Source: Takakia lepidozioides (lineage: Eukaryota; Plantae; Bryophyta). Taken from it: a stretch of DNA of 64,000 nt. Location: contig CM060732.1 of assembly GCA_030704615.1 (NCBI GenBank), positions 54,560,001-54,624,000 of the forward strand. The letters run 5' to 3'. A program made the translations under genes and the position numbers. How positions within the stretch are numbered: the first letter of the stretch is position 1; every line of letters begins with the position of its first letter. The notes under the pieces are model-generated. The model ran no database searches and was not told where the DNA came from. It was given only the letters and a program-made list of their open reading frames with translations. Positions 23,201 to 35,359 of the stretch are shown one piece after another.

Positions 23201-26200
23201 CCTCTTAAACAACTTAGGCTTTCCAGCCGCATCTCCGCAACCTGCTCCCATTCTGGGTGTGCAGCAAATAGGGTAGCTTCCTGCTCCTCATCCAGTCCTC
23301 CTCTCCAGTCATACTCTCTGACTCCTCGAGGTCTTCTTGTAGCAGGTAATCTACTAGATTTCTTTGTGGTAATTTGTATCTCGTGCATCCCATTATGCAC
23401 AGTTAGTAACTGAGAATTCCAGTCATGGAATACCCTGGCCTGTTTCAGCCACGGACGTCCCAATAATAAGGAGTAAGCCTCCATGACTTCATCCATTTTT
23501 AATACAGTTACTGTGATCATAAAGATCATTTTCTGTATCTGTATCTTAACTCCTCTTATTAATCCCAATGGCTGTACACTTCTTTGATCTGCCATTGTTA
23601 CTGTAAATGGGGCTGGTTTCATGTTACTTAGACCAAGCTTCTTCCTTAATTGGTCTGTCATGATATTTACTCCAGAACCACCATCTATCAGTACATCAGT
23701 TAGTTCTGTGCTTCCAATTCTCAATTGGATTACTGGCATAGAATCATCAAAGTCCATGACTGGTTCTCGCCCTTCCGGCTTCACATTATAACTGGTCACC
23801 TTGCTGTTCAGGTCTGTGTTTCCTGTCTCTTGGGCAATTCGATTGATTGCCTGATACAGCCTGTGCCTACAATAAGGTGCCACAGCTAATAGCTGTCCAA
23901 TGGTAATTTCTGCTTTGGTCTGACATATTACTGCAGCCAAAGTCTCTTCATTACTTTGCATGTCTGCATCTTTTTTTTCCTTTCTTCCTCACTCCCTTCT
24001 TTTTCTCCATCCGAATCAGAGGAATCTGCCACAGGAATATCAGTACTCTTTTGCATTTCCCTTATAGTATCTGCCACTTCCTTGTGCAGTTCCTTCTCAT
24101 CTTTCCAAGTCTCTTCATCTTCAGGCATATCATTGCCACTTCCATTCTCATCTTCTTCCTCTTCTACTGGAGGTATTAGTTTGGCTTTACTTCTTGTTAC
24201 TATCATTGTACTTACTTCTGGTACAACACATGGCCTAACCATGTGAGCTGCCACCACTGGGCCCTCATTCACAGGAGCTCTCATCTCATTCTGGTGTCTT
24301 ATCCAGAATGAACAGGCTGCCTTGCGATGTCCTGGCTGATTACAATAGTAACATAGCTCTTCACCATTGGGTCCTCGCCCTTGGTCTGTTCTTGGATTAT
24401 TTCTATAATCCTGATTCCCGGGCTGGTAATTCCCCCTTGGATTACCCTGATAGTTGCCTCTGGAATTTCCTTGGTAATTCCCTCTTGAATTACCTCTCCC
24501 TTCCATGCCATTGTTATAACCACCAGACCTACCATAGTGGTCCTGATCATTATTTCTTCTTGGCTGGGGCTGCACCTGATGCACCCTTACTTGCCTAGGT
24601 TCTCTTGCAGCTGTCCTTCTGTTGTAGTAACAATTCTCAGTAGAATGGTTATCCATTTTACAGATAGTACAGTGTTTCTCCTTCATGTGGCATTCTGTGG
24701 TGGTATGGCCTTCATTCTGGCACTTTGCACACCATACACCCTTCCTCCAATGTGTTGCAGCCTCTGTGGCATACTTCTTCAAGATTTCTTCCAATTTTTT
24801 TTCATAGTTATCCCTCTTCAACTTCTCCTTTCTCTTACTCTTTCTTTTTAGTTCTTGCTCTTCTTCTTCATCTGACTCATCCTCAGAGTCCTCATCTTCT
24901 TTTTCTCTCTCCTGAGCATTCCCAATTGCTCAATTCTGTTCGCAGTTTCAAATGCCTCCTCCACTGTATTATGGGGTAACATATCCACTTTCTTTTGCAA
25001 CTCTGGTCTTAATCCACTCACAAACCAAGTCTTCTGTAAACCGGGCGCTGGTACTGCAGCCAGCTTTTCATCATCAATTCCATCTTCTCCATATACTCTT
25101 CAACAGTTTCATGCTTCTTCTGCTTCAGCTGTTGTAAACTTCCATACACTTCATCCTCAGTTTTACTTGTCCTGAACCTATTTCGAAATGCTGTATTCAA
25201 GCCATTCCAGGTTAGGAAATGATTATCAGGGAATCTTGCATACCATTCACTTGCTTTCTTGATAAGTGAACAAGGAAACAGTCTCATCTTGGCATCATCG
25301 CCATTCTCATTGTTCACTATACACATGTGCTCAAATTGGCTAATGTGTACATCGGGATCCCCTTTTCCTGAATATATTGGAAAGGGTGGTTTTGCCCGTG
25401 TTGGTTGTAACGCCATCTGTGGCCCTACCTTCTGCCCACTGACAGGTGCTGGCACCCTTGCTGGTGCTGGTCCTTCTGGACCTGTTGTTTTTGTGGTGGA
25501 TCTTCCACCAAGTGGTGGCCCTTGAGCACTCCTTGCTTCTGGTCCCACGATATTCACAGTATTCCCAGCTTCAGTTGCACTACTTCCCACACTCCCTGTC
25601 CCCCAGAGCCAGATCCAGGCAGCCCGCCTGATCCCCCTGAGCCGACACCTTCGTTGGCCTGTGATCCAAGTGCTCCACTTGATCCAGGTCCAACGGGTTG
25701 GGATGTCCTGGTTGTAGTCTCAACCTCAGCTGTTGGGTCTACTTCTTCATATTCTTCCTCTTCTAATTTCTTCTCTCTGTTTTCATCCTCCAAGTTCTGC
25801 CCTTGGGTTTCTTCTTCACTCATGTAACTCAACTGTAATGGTGTTGGAGAGTCTGAACTCTCCGTTGGCTCTGCCACATCCTCTTCTCCTTCTTCATCTT
25901 CTGCTTCAGAAACTGGAGTTCCTGCTTTTGGTGTTCCATGCCAACTCTTATCAAAGATTTCTGTCAAGTCTTTTATCCAAGGATGTACCTCAGATCTTTC
26001 ACCTCGTGATTGATCTTCTTCCTGTACCAATTCCCTTAATCTTTCTTGCAAAGAAACAGAAGGAGTGGCATCCAACTCTAGTTCTTCCGGTATAGGTGAT
26101 GCACTTTTTGATCTTGATGGTGTGAGAGGTCCAGATGATTCCCCTATGTCTATTCCTCTCTCCCAAAGATATGGATAATTAGCTTTCAGATAGCTTTCTC

Positions 26201-26246
26201 TTTTTGATGAATATCTCTGTCGTCTAGCTTCTCTTTCATCACTCAT
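20230..26246 (-). pseudogene. Gag-Pol of the nested Gypsy element, with stops and frameshifts
   Basis: Gag PIYSGKGDPDVH..FPCSL..ASEWY with three CCHC knuckles, PR VLIDGGSGVN, RT MDGFSGYNQ..MPFGLCNAPATFQR..VFLDDF, RH DASG..EREALA, and IN GGHFG..KWGLDFVGP..SDQGSHF..NGQAE. Confidence 0.93.
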
Positions 26247-26835
26247 GTCCCATGTCTTTCATTTCTTTTAATGTGGCAATAACCAAAACTCTCTTCTGTA
26301 ATATCTCTCGTATATGCCTGGGTTTCTTTCAAGCTTCAATGCACCCTTGGCTATACTTGAAGTCTCCGTTACCATATAACCATATGGCAAACAAGTCTGA
26401 AAAGCTGTTCTTGGTGTGAGTTTGATCCACAAAATATCCTTTGGAATCCAATTCTTTACCAGTACAAGCTCTTCATGCATATGAGTATAAACATTCACCT
26501 TTCTTTCTTCCCAGCCTTCAAACTCTACTCGTTTAATGGATAGCAACGCTATCACATAAACCAATGTTGGTAACCAACGTGCTCTTCCTCTACAGGCTAC
26601 CTGATAAATCTTTATCACTCCTTTCTCCAGACCCCATTCTGGATCAGCATCATGCACTCGTTTAAGAATATTTTCTTTACATCCGTCTGGCAATTCCAAG
26701 AACCTTTGAAAGAATTGTTTGGACAATCTTTCTTCCTTCGTTCCACAGGGAATTTGATTCACTTCAAATTCTTTAATGGTCCAACCACCATGATCCCACC
26801 AGATGCCTGTCACATCTGGTTGTTCATGTCCCAGG

Positions 26836-26853
26836 TCCCCAGTATGGTCGCCA
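26836..26853 (-). promoter_or_regulatory. tRNA primer-binding site of the nested element (possibly tRNA-Arg)
   Basis: The minus strand reads TGGCGACCATACTGGGGA, 2 nt after the 5' LTR. The tRNA identity is an inference. Confidence 0.8.
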
Positions 26854-26855
26854 AA

Positions 26856-27768
26856 TGTCGCGCGGCTTTTACTCACCCATCCCTTCGCTATCCGAGGCGG
26901 AAACTCCAAGATAGAAGAGTTGGAAATCTCTAAGTACTCAGCCCGCGCAGAACAATCAGTCATGACCTACAGCTAGTGTATCATGGGGGTGTTTCCTATT
27001 TGTTTCCCTTTCCGCATTCATCTTAGCTACCTTACCATTGATAATTAAGTATTAGTTTGCTTCTTCAATCTATCGGTTTCCTTCACTCATCCATTCAATC
27101 CACAGCTTCTCTCAGATCTCTCTACACAGTGTGATTGTATCTTATAAGTATCAGATTATGATTTATCAGGTATCAGGCCGAAGCCATTATGTCTCTAATC
27201 TGCTCTCCAATATCACTACAGCTTTGCATATAACAAGCATCTACTAATCCTCTTTTCTCCTTCATCGTGCTCTCCATCTCTTGCCTCAGATCTCCGCTCC
27301 AGCCTGACTCCGAAGTCCTCCTCCGAATAATGATCATCCCCCTTCATTCCCCGTTTCTCCCTTTATCCTCCTATCCGCGGTTCTAACCGTTTCCCTCTCT
27401 AACCGTCGTCTGTGAACTAACATGTTCCCTTCACAGGTGTTGTTCCCCACAGTCGTTCCCTGTCCTACTCTTCGTTCCCTATTATCGTGACAGCTGTGTC
27501 AAGCGGTGACTGGCTGTGTGGGCTGTGTCTGCTGTGACGACTGTGACGGGCTGTGTTGGCTGTGTGGGCTGTGTCGGCTGTGTGGGCTGTGTTGGCTGTG
27601 TGGGCTGTGACGACTGTGACGGGCTGTGTCGGCTGTGACGACTGTGTAACCCCCCTCTACAGTGCGCTGCTGTCACCCCTAAGGCTCCTGTTGGTCTCAG
27701 TCTGTGCAAAATTAAGGGTACCCTACAGATCCCGTATAAGTGTCTAAGTCCCCTACAGTCCTCTAACA
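26856..27768 (-). repeat. 5' LTR of the nested Gypsy element
   Basis: Direct repeat of 14730-15650, followed by the TSD ACCCT. Confidence 0.95.
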
Positions 27769-28209
27769 ACCCTTTTGCAACCCTCAACGCAGCAGTGACC
27801 TGCTCCCTTCCACTGGCCATCAGTATTTTTCTCACCTCTGCAGTGACATCCACCTGCCAGTTGCATCATGAATCCAGAGCTTATCCTCGTCTCTGTTTTC
27901 GGTTTTTGGATTTCTGCCTACAATCCCATAGGCAATAGAATGTTGAAACACTTCGGGCGACCATAGATCTACCCATGGAGCAGAAGGCGTGCTGCTTATA
28001 TCTATAAGCTGCGAGCTTGGAGTGGTCTCAGAAAACCAACAAAATGCGGCTCAGCAGCCAGCCTCCTCAGAACAAGCCAACCCTGCCAAGTAGCTTCAAT
28101 GCACTAGGAGAAACCTTAGAACACGGTGTTTTCATGCCCTACTTAGGAGGAACAAAACAAACCTACAAATCCGGCAGTAAGCGCCACTGTTGTAGCGCGG
28201 ACAAACTCC

Positions 28210-28518
28210 TTCACGGTAGCGGGATGGCTGGACATGCTCGACGCGCACATGGATGCGCTTCCGAATGATCCTGGGACCAACCTGCTTGTTAACAACTACA
28301 CCAACAGCCCGCTTGGTGACATTCCAGACGATACCAGTGCGGCCATGGTAGAACTTGTGGGGCATGCCCTTGTGCACAACGCCATTCACCTTGATGTCCA
28401 CATAATCTCCAATCCTGTAATTTCTCAGATACGTGGTCAAGTGAATGTACCCCTTCTGCCTGAATGGCCGCGAGAACAGATCCCTGGTGCGCGATCGCAA
28501 TCCATGACCTGCCGGCAT
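28210..28518 (-). pseudogene. RPL21: Captured 60S ribosomal protein L21 (eL21) fragment, codons 1-103
   Basis: [80 protein letters not shown]. It is uninterrupted and truncated at the 3' end. Confidence 0.93.
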
Positions 28519-28723
28519 GGCTCGTGCCTTCCTCTCTCACCGCCGCTGCACATTGACACATTCATGCGAGAAACTCCAAGTGCATAAAAGCTTGGACAGG
28601 CTCATTCATGGGAGAGTGCTTGCAAGTCACGGTGGACTCAATCTGAAGCCACACAATGAGCAATATACAGGCATGTCCAAATCAAAGATGCCGAACAGGT
28701 TTGTGCGTAACTAGAGCAGCTCC

Positions 28724-28948
28724 GCGCAGCTGGTGGGTGCACTAAAGGCTGGCAATGAAGGAGCACAGGAAGCAGCACTTGAGGCTTTGTTCCTACTACG
28801 TCAAGCCTGGTCCTCCAGTCCTGCCGAGGTGGGAAAAGCACAAGCCATGGCAGCGGCAGAAGCCATTCCTATGCTGCAGCTGTTGATGAGGACAGGCCCC
28901 CCACGCTTTCAGGACAAGGTAGACAGCCTGCTGCAGTGCCTGCCAGGA
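28724..28948 (+). pseudogene. CSI1: Captured fragment of CELLULOSE SYNTHASE INTERACTIVE 1-like ARM protein (region before the C2 domain)
   Basis: [73 protein letters not shown] matches the recalled CSI1/POM2 sequence [22 protein letters not shown]...GPPRFQEKA..LLQCLPG. Confidence 0.85.
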
Positions 28949-29134
28949 AGACGAGAATATTGTTAGCTTTGAACTGCTGCAGCGACACTTCGAGTGTTTC
29001 CCGTCTTCCTGTTATGCTCCACTAGGCACACATAGCCAGTCTAACTGCAGGCTCTCGTAACCAAGCTATATTATAATAGTGCTTAAAAACAAGAACGTCA
29101 CATCTAGCTTAGCACTAGAAAACTAGATACAGTT

Positions 29135-29148
29135 TCATCTCTCTCGAG
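29135..29148 (-). promoter_or_regulatory. Putative self-priming primer-binding site
   Basis: On the minus strand CTCGAGAGAGATGA directly follows the 5' LTR and is the exact complement of the LTR sequence at 29337-29350. No TGG tRNA-type PBS is adjacent to the LTR. Confidence 0.75.
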
Positions 29149-29501
29149 TGATAAGAAAGCTAAAAGACACACTCTCAACACAAGAAATATGAAATCCATC
29201 GCTATCACTCTTTAAAAATAGAAGTCGAGCCAGGGGCACCCCAAGCTATGGGGACTCCACCCCACAACAACCTACACTCCCATCATAAGCACACTCAGAT
29301 CTAAACGCATGAAGGAGCTCGGTCGCGCATGCTCAACTCGAGAGAGATGAGCTGCGCGACTGCCGCTCTCGTGAAGATAAGACGGTTCAGGTGTCAAACT
29401 AAACTTGACACTTGACTTAACACTTGACCTAAATCCAAGTGTTAAGTACAAATAACTAGCTTTATTCTAGTCGTTTTCACACTGTGATTATTAACTTGAC
29501 A
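29149..29501 (-). repeat. 5' terminal repeat (B) of the MTase-Gypsy element
   Basis: 353 bp with TG..CA ends, a direct repeat of ~6162-6517. Confidence 0.92.
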
Positions 29502-29935
29502 AATGCTTCTCCAACACGTCTTGACATTTGCAAGTGTCAGAGCAGGAATGACAACGAAAATTGGGGGCGAGCAACCACCACATTGGCCAACATGTTGAAA
29601 TCAATTTCACATTGACTCATCTCTGTGTGTCGTGGATGTCTCAAGAAGACATTGTGGTGTTGCTCACATCACTTGCCACCAACGCTTCGTTGAGGTCACT
29701 TGTAAGGGTGTTGTTGGGGACATGGTTTTTGCAACAATCATGGATTTGTTGGGAGCCAGTCTGTGGCTACAAGCACTAGACATAGACTATACTCCCTTGC
29801 AGGTGAAAGGCAAGGCAGCGGTGGTGGATGCCCAGTTGCAGAATAAAGTGAGGACTGAGCACGCGGAGGTGTTGAGAGGAATGAAGGTCGTGACTCCAAA
29901 TGTAGCGCGTTTGTTCCTTTGTGGCTACAGTCTCT
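29502..29935 (+). pseudogene. Roco pseudogene, segment 2 (end of LRRs, start of ROC domain)
   Basis: NASPTRLDI, INFTLTHL, LATNASLRSL, LQALDIDYTPL and ARLFLCGY (strand leading into the P-loop). Frameshifted. Confidence 0.75.
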
Positions 29936-30783
29936 GCGTGTATATACATATATTCCCTTTGGCTTTGTTGTCTGCCTTCTTTCCAGACCCAACAGCTTGT
30001 CCCACATCCTGTTGGCTAGCTGCTTGACTTTGATACACTTGATACACCACTCTTACGTCTATTTGCTAAGGACCTTCATTATCTTGGTTTTCTCTACCCG
30101 GATGCAGACCTGGCCTTTTTTGGGCCTCTCTTTTATAGTTAGGATGTAAATCCTGAAGCAAGCTTCCTAGTTTACTCAAGGCTCCAGGTGCAAGTTGTTA
30201 AGACTAGGCAGTTAAGCTTGCCCATGGTGGCTGGTAAGGGTATTACCCAATCCTACAGGATTTAAGTCTTATGGCCTCTTGTCCTGGTTATTTTTTCCAT
30301 GACTCATTTTTTTTATTTTTTCTTAAGAACAGGGGGATTGTAGCCCTGGAAAATTTATGAAGTAAGGAAAAAACCTTCTTTAATATGATATATGTACAGG
30401 GCTTCCTCCCCTTTTATTAAAAATAAATAGTAAATAAATACTCTATGATAATTTTTGAACCCACATTTTATCTTGCTATTTTGTAAGGCAAAAAAGGATA
30501 GGTATAGGCCATTTTAATCAAACTTTCTCATCTTCAAAATAATGTATGTAAGTGAAAATAATAATAAAATGATAATAAAATTAAGAACAATAGATCGACT
30601 TTTTTTTTTAAAAAGAGACACCCGGAACGACAGTTTATTGATTAGGCCCTGAATGTTCATTAATCACAGTAACCTCGCCCTTTCGCATGGAACACCGCCC
30701 AACAAAAGGGGGAGAAGAACATATTACACCCATCTATGTAGCAGAATTTGACCCCATAATCATCTGGGTGGCACTGTGTGCAC

Positions 30784-31607
30784 GGGGGTTGGTATCCTAT
30801 GAGCACAGCGTGAGCATGCTCATGTGAGCACGGCATGAGCACAACCCACAGTCATGGGGTTGTATGTTTTTAAACCATGGTCATAGGAATTACTTGTTTT
30901 GAGGCACGGTGCATTTATAGGATGCAGCTGCACCAAAACGATAAATTATCTGATCTATCTTTCAATTTCGCATTGAGAAATTAAAATTAAGTAGTAGTTT
31001 CGGGAGTGAGAGTTTTAATTTCACACCGAGAAATTAAAATTAAGTAGGAGTTTCGGGAGTGAGAGTTTTAATTTTGCACTGAGAAAATAAAATTAAGTAG
31101 GAGTTTCGGGAGTGAGAGTTTTAATTTCGCACTGAGAAAATAAAATTAAGTAGGAGTTTCGGGAGTGAGAGTTTTAATTTCGCATTGAGAAAATAAAATT
31201 AACTAGTAGTTTTGGGAGTGAAATTTCGCATTGAGAAATTAAAAATAAGTACCGTAGTAGTTTTGGGAGTGAGAATTTCGTCTCAATAAATTATCCATGG
31301 GACGTGACAATCTTTAAGGTCTCTTGGAGTCTCAACGCCCTTTTCTCAAGTCTATCATGGAAAGGGCCTAGTATCGGGTGAGCATAGCGTGAGGAAATCC
31401 CACACCTATAGGATAACATATTTATCATGTATAGGGGTTACTTGTTTCTTAAGTGTTGCTGTCAAGGCCTATGTGAGCAGTTAAATTTCACAAAAGTTTT
31501 AGTTTTTCAATTTTCGTTTCGCTAAACAATATTTGGAAGGCATCTTAGGAATATGCGGTATATTCGCTTGTGCTCACGTGAGCATGCTCACTCGCTATCC
31601 AACCTCT
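30784..31607. mobile_element. MITE-like nonautonomous DNA transposon in the Roco intron
   Basis: Imperfect TIRs (GGGGGTTGG.. / ..CCAACCTCT) with GTGAGCATGCTCA subterminal motifs at both ends, and an 8-10 bp flanking duplication (c)(t)GTGTGCAC. Confidence 0.65.
30964..31280. repeat. 53-bp tandem repeat, about 6 copies
   Basis: Unit AATTTCGCATTGAGAAATTAAAATTAAGTAGTAGTTTCGGGAGTGAGAGTTTT at 30964, 31017, 31070, 31123 and 31176, plus a partial copy. Confidence 0.9.
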
Positions 31608-31862
31608 GTGTGCACTATCCAATTGAGCTTCTGTCTTGCAGTATGTTTTGTCGTCGGGTTATTCAAAGAAACGAGTATTTCCTTTCTAATCATATTAAGC
31701 TGGTTTGATAAAATGGTAGTTAAGGTAATTAGTTTAGAATATTAAATATTTTTAAATATGGTAGGTGATATTTATCATATTGCTTCTGACCAAAAAATAA
31801 AATAAAATAAGACAATAAACATTGTTTAAATATGCATTTTGATGATATGTCCATCATGTTCT

Positions 31863-32270
31863 AGGGTAAACAACGTTGCGGAAATCAATGGCTCGAAGAA
31901 TTTCATATGTGGCTTCGAATGTGTGGGTTAAGGCATGGCATAAGGGCATGACTGTTTTCTCAAAATTGCAATGCATTAGACGGGAGTTGCAACGCACACG
32001 AGGGATTGAGGTTGAGACTACATTGCTTAACAACAACATTCAAATATCTTTATGGGATATTTTGCCAGGCAAGAGGATTTTCATTCATTTCATGATCTGA
32101 TGTTGCCCAACCTTAGCGGCCAAGGCAGTGTCGGCATATTCATATTTGTGTGCGACCCATTCAAGATGACAAACGACGTCGACCATGGACAAACGAAATT
32201 GGAGACAATCAAGAACGAGCTATTGTATTGGTTACGTTTTCTCTTTTCAAATACAAGAAGATCAACATTG
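31863..32270 (+). pseudogene. Roco pseudogene, segment 3 (ROC GTPase)
   Basis: GK(T)TLRKSM (P-loop with a 1-bp deletion), RTRGIEV, SLWD-FARQEDFHSFHDLMLP and YWLRFLFSNTRRS, typical of TORNADO1-like ROC domains. Confidence 0.85.
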
Positions 32271-35200
32271 TATCTATAGGGTCTCCGAAAGATTGGCGTG
32301 TCAGTAGCCAATTCAATGCGATTCTCTTGACCCTTCAGTGCTCCTAAGTCCTTCAAACTGAAGGCAAAGCAATTCCTGTAAGCCCTCAGGAACCACCGTA
32401 TACGTCGTCTCTCTCCTCCGGTGACAATGGGTCCAATGTCAGGCTCCCAATTGTCCTCCGTAACTGCAACCTTAAGTCCAGTGGGCTTAGAGGTAGAGGA
32501 CGCGTCCCGTGGTTGCTATGCCGCAACCTCTTGAGCAGTACTCCCTGCCTGCTCAGTCAATGACAAGGCCTCATCCTGCCCCATCATCTCATCCTTGATG
32601 ACCTCATCAACCCGAGAAGAATCCCCAACCTCATCCATCACAGCTGCCTTGGCTGCCAACTCCCTCTGAACCTCGAGCACCTCCCACGTGTGCCATGGAT
32701 GTCTACACCCCGTGTTCCTCACCAGCTCGCCCCCACTCGCTGCTTGTACCGTCTCGGTAGGCAGAGAGACCGTCAAGGGAGGTGCACTCCGCACTCTACG
32801 TTGCTCAGCCATAGCCAAGTTGATAATCCAGGTCAAGCAATTGAGATCCATTGCTTGCCCCAACACCTGACGACGTGATGCCTCAGAAAGAGAAGGCACC
32901 GCCGTGGTCCCAGTGGAAAACCCCATAGCCCGCTCTCGCTCGTCGGCATTAGGCTCTACTAACTGCTGCAACTGAGCATCCCACAGGAGGCCAGGTCCAC
33001 CATCCCGAAAACCATGGGATCCTGGCAAGTTGAGCAGTGTAGGTAATGCTGCTCGTGGTTGACCCACCCTGTTGACCACTGCCAAAGGCGAATGGTCATC
33101 GTGTCTCACACGTTGAGACTGCCTCCCTGTGTCCAAAATGCTGTCCACTGTGAGGTGTGCTGGCCGCTGCACCCCATCAAATGCACGCTTGAGCAGTGCG
33201 GGTGACATCAAGTTAGTCCACCATAGCCGTGGACGATGAGCCCGTGATCCCACTGCAGCTGCATCTAGCAGCACTGCTAACCCAAGCCACGACGGGACTT
33301 GATGCACACTGGCCATCACCCTGGCCCGAGAATCGCCCATCAGTGGCACATTCTCCAAGATGTATGCTGGCGATACAGCTTGATGAAGCTGCAAGTGGCG
33401 CAAAATCCGCACCATCTCCCAAAACAGACCCGTCCTCGAGTTTCGCAATCCATTGCCATGCCCGGCTGATGAATGCCCTTGGCAGGGCCAACCTGCCACT
33501 ACCAGATCAATGGAGCCAACCTGCTCCAAATCCGGCGCCCCCAGCAATGAAATGTCTGCTGGCAAGGCTTGTTGGTATCCACGAACTGCAGACACTGGCA
33601 ACAAAGCAGGGTACTGCTGTACCAACTGAGCAACATGGCGCAGTGAGACGCGTCGTGCAGTCTTATCCCTCTCCACCTATAGGTAACGCCTTACCCGCAC
33701 ACCTGCCTGTAGCACAGCAGCCAATCCGGTGCTGATCCCGCCAAACAAGTCCAGAAGACAAATGCCTTTATCTGGATACTGCCACACAATAGGCGTGGTA
33801 TCCAATGGTGACAACTGAGGTGGTCTTGGTGCAATACCCGCACTCTCTTCCTCTCCTGATGGTACAAAAGCCTCTACCCAGGCTTGTTGCACCCGTCGAT
33901 CAGCAACCTGCTGCAAATCCTTGCTCGTACCCCACAATGGAGTGTGAGCAACCATGGCAGGCAACTCCGCCATACAATGCATGTCATCCCGCTCTGCTGG
34001 AGGTGGCACATCCTCTGCATGGGCATTGTCTTCCAGCAACTCTCCAGGCCAACTAACTGCAGCTGTAAATGCGGCTAGTGTTGGCATCTTGCCCCGTTGG
34101 GCAGCCGCAATACCCCCAATGAATGTCACAGGGAGCTGTGCACGACGACCATCCCCTGACTGCCATCCAGGCCTGTAGAATGCTGACTCCTCCCAAAAGT
34201 CCAGGGTGAAGCCCATGGGGTATAACACTGCCCCACCAACGAGGACATTGTAAGAGACCGCGTCTGTCACAATGGCCTTGGCTCGCATTACTGAGCCATC
34301 GATAAAATGATCCGGCTGTAGTCTAATGGCCAACTGATGCCGTGTCATGCCCCGAGCCTGCTCTGAGCCTCCCAGAGATGTATGTATCTGGAAAGGACAA
34401 GGCTCCGTATCCGCCTCCATGAGGCCCAAATCTGCAATAGCAGCTCTGCCCAACATCAGTGGCTGAGCTCCCGAGTCCAAGAAGACCCGTAGTGGCCGGT
34501 ACTTCTTGCCTGCCGGTCCACTCAAAGAGAAAATGTCATCCTGGTTGTCTAACAAGACAACTCCAGGTGTCACCATGGCGCGCTCAAAGGCTGGCCTAGC
34601 TGGCAGCTCCGTCAACCTGGCAGCTGCAGCTTGCCATGGCGCAGCCGTGGCAGTCTTGACCCTCAAATCCGAGGATCCCTCTGCCACTACACCTTCCAGT
34701 AATTCCGCAGAAGATGAAGTGACCTCCCTACTCTCACAGAGTGTTGCTGCTAGTCTGAACACTGCAGCTGGTCTTACCCCCGGCGTCGCAATCATGGTTG
34801 CTGAGAACAGTGGGGCTTGACACACAAAGGTGGCTGCCCCTAACAACACACCGGCTGCACTAGCCTTGGTAGCAGGTGTCGGTGCTGCACGTGTAGCTCT
34901 CCCCAATGGCATAATAACCTCCGCCTCGGTAACAGTCGGGCGAGAACTAGGTGCCATGGATGGCGTTGACACTGTCTCCGCCAATGTGAATGACTGAGGA
35001 AGCCTCGCCTGACGGCTTGCCTCCACACGCTGTGGATCCAATTCCACCTGTGCACCTCGTGGCTCAGGAACTTGTGATGCTCCTCGAGTCACGGCTGGAG
35101 CAGACTCCACCTGCTCTAGTAGTAGCGCTGCTCCGCACATGAATCCCATGCCTCCCATATCTCCTCCCTCAGGCGCAGGAGGTGGACCATCCCGCCTGGG

Positions 35201-35359
35201 AGCCGGTACCACCTGAGCTGTGGCCATGGCAGCGAGCATGTGCTCTAGCTGCTGAAGCCGGTTGGCCATGCCTTGGTCAACACAGGCTGTGCTTGTGCCG
35301 GCCTTTTGCCACTCTCTGGGCAATCTCTCTTGATATGGGGTCCTCCACATGTCCAACAT
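32271..35359 (-). pseudogene. PR-DNMT3-like MTase-RT(N) polyprotein segment in one reading frame, with TAG stops at 33677-33679 and 32516-32518
   Basis: ORFs 33677-35359, 32516-33676 and 32090-32356 share a frame. They contain FLDSGAQ, all C5-MTase motifs (~32830-33770) and the start of RT. Confidence 0.9.

Larger units (their letters stand above)
14730..27768 (-). mobile_element. Nested full-length Ty3/Gypsy LTR retrotransposon (non-chromovirus, Athila/Tat-like), ~13 kb
   Basis: LTRs 14730-15650 and 26856-27768 (TG..CA), 5-bp TSD ACCCT (14725-14729 and 27769-27773), PBS, PPT, and gag-PR-RT-RH-IN order. Confidence 0.95.
6076..29501 (-). mobile_element. Ty3/Gypsy LTR retrotransposon encoding a C5 DNA methyltransferase and a PHD finger (copy 1; RT deleted; contains a nested element)
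   Basis: TG...CA ends, 4-bp TSD AATG (6072-6075 and 29502-29505), repeat B at ~6162-6517 and 29149-29501, PPT at 6607-6615, and gag, PR, MTase, RH and IN-PHD ORFs on the minus strand. Confidence 0.92.

Noticed and set aside
28132-28518. 128-aa ORF as a functional RPL21 gene
   Set aside because: Similarity stops after about codon 103, and the ORF sits inside a retrotransposon leader.
29050-29064. TGGTTACGAGAGCC (minus strand) as a tRNA-Met-like PBS
   Set aside because: It lies ~85 bp from the LTR end and matches TGGTATCAGAGC only imperfectly. The LTR-adjacent 14-15 bp self-complement is a better candidate.
6076-29501. Classifying the element as a DIRS/PAT/Ngaro tyrosine-recombinase retrotransposon because of the split repeats and the methyltransferase
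   Set aside because: It encodes an aspartic protease and a DDE integrase, has a PPT and a TSD, and I see no tyrosine recombinase. The MTase is C5-type, not the Dam-like domain of DIRS elements.
30964-31280. Regular repeats as a CRISPR array
   Set aside because: The 53-bp units are head-to-tail with no unique spacers, there are no cas genes, and the context is eukaryotic.
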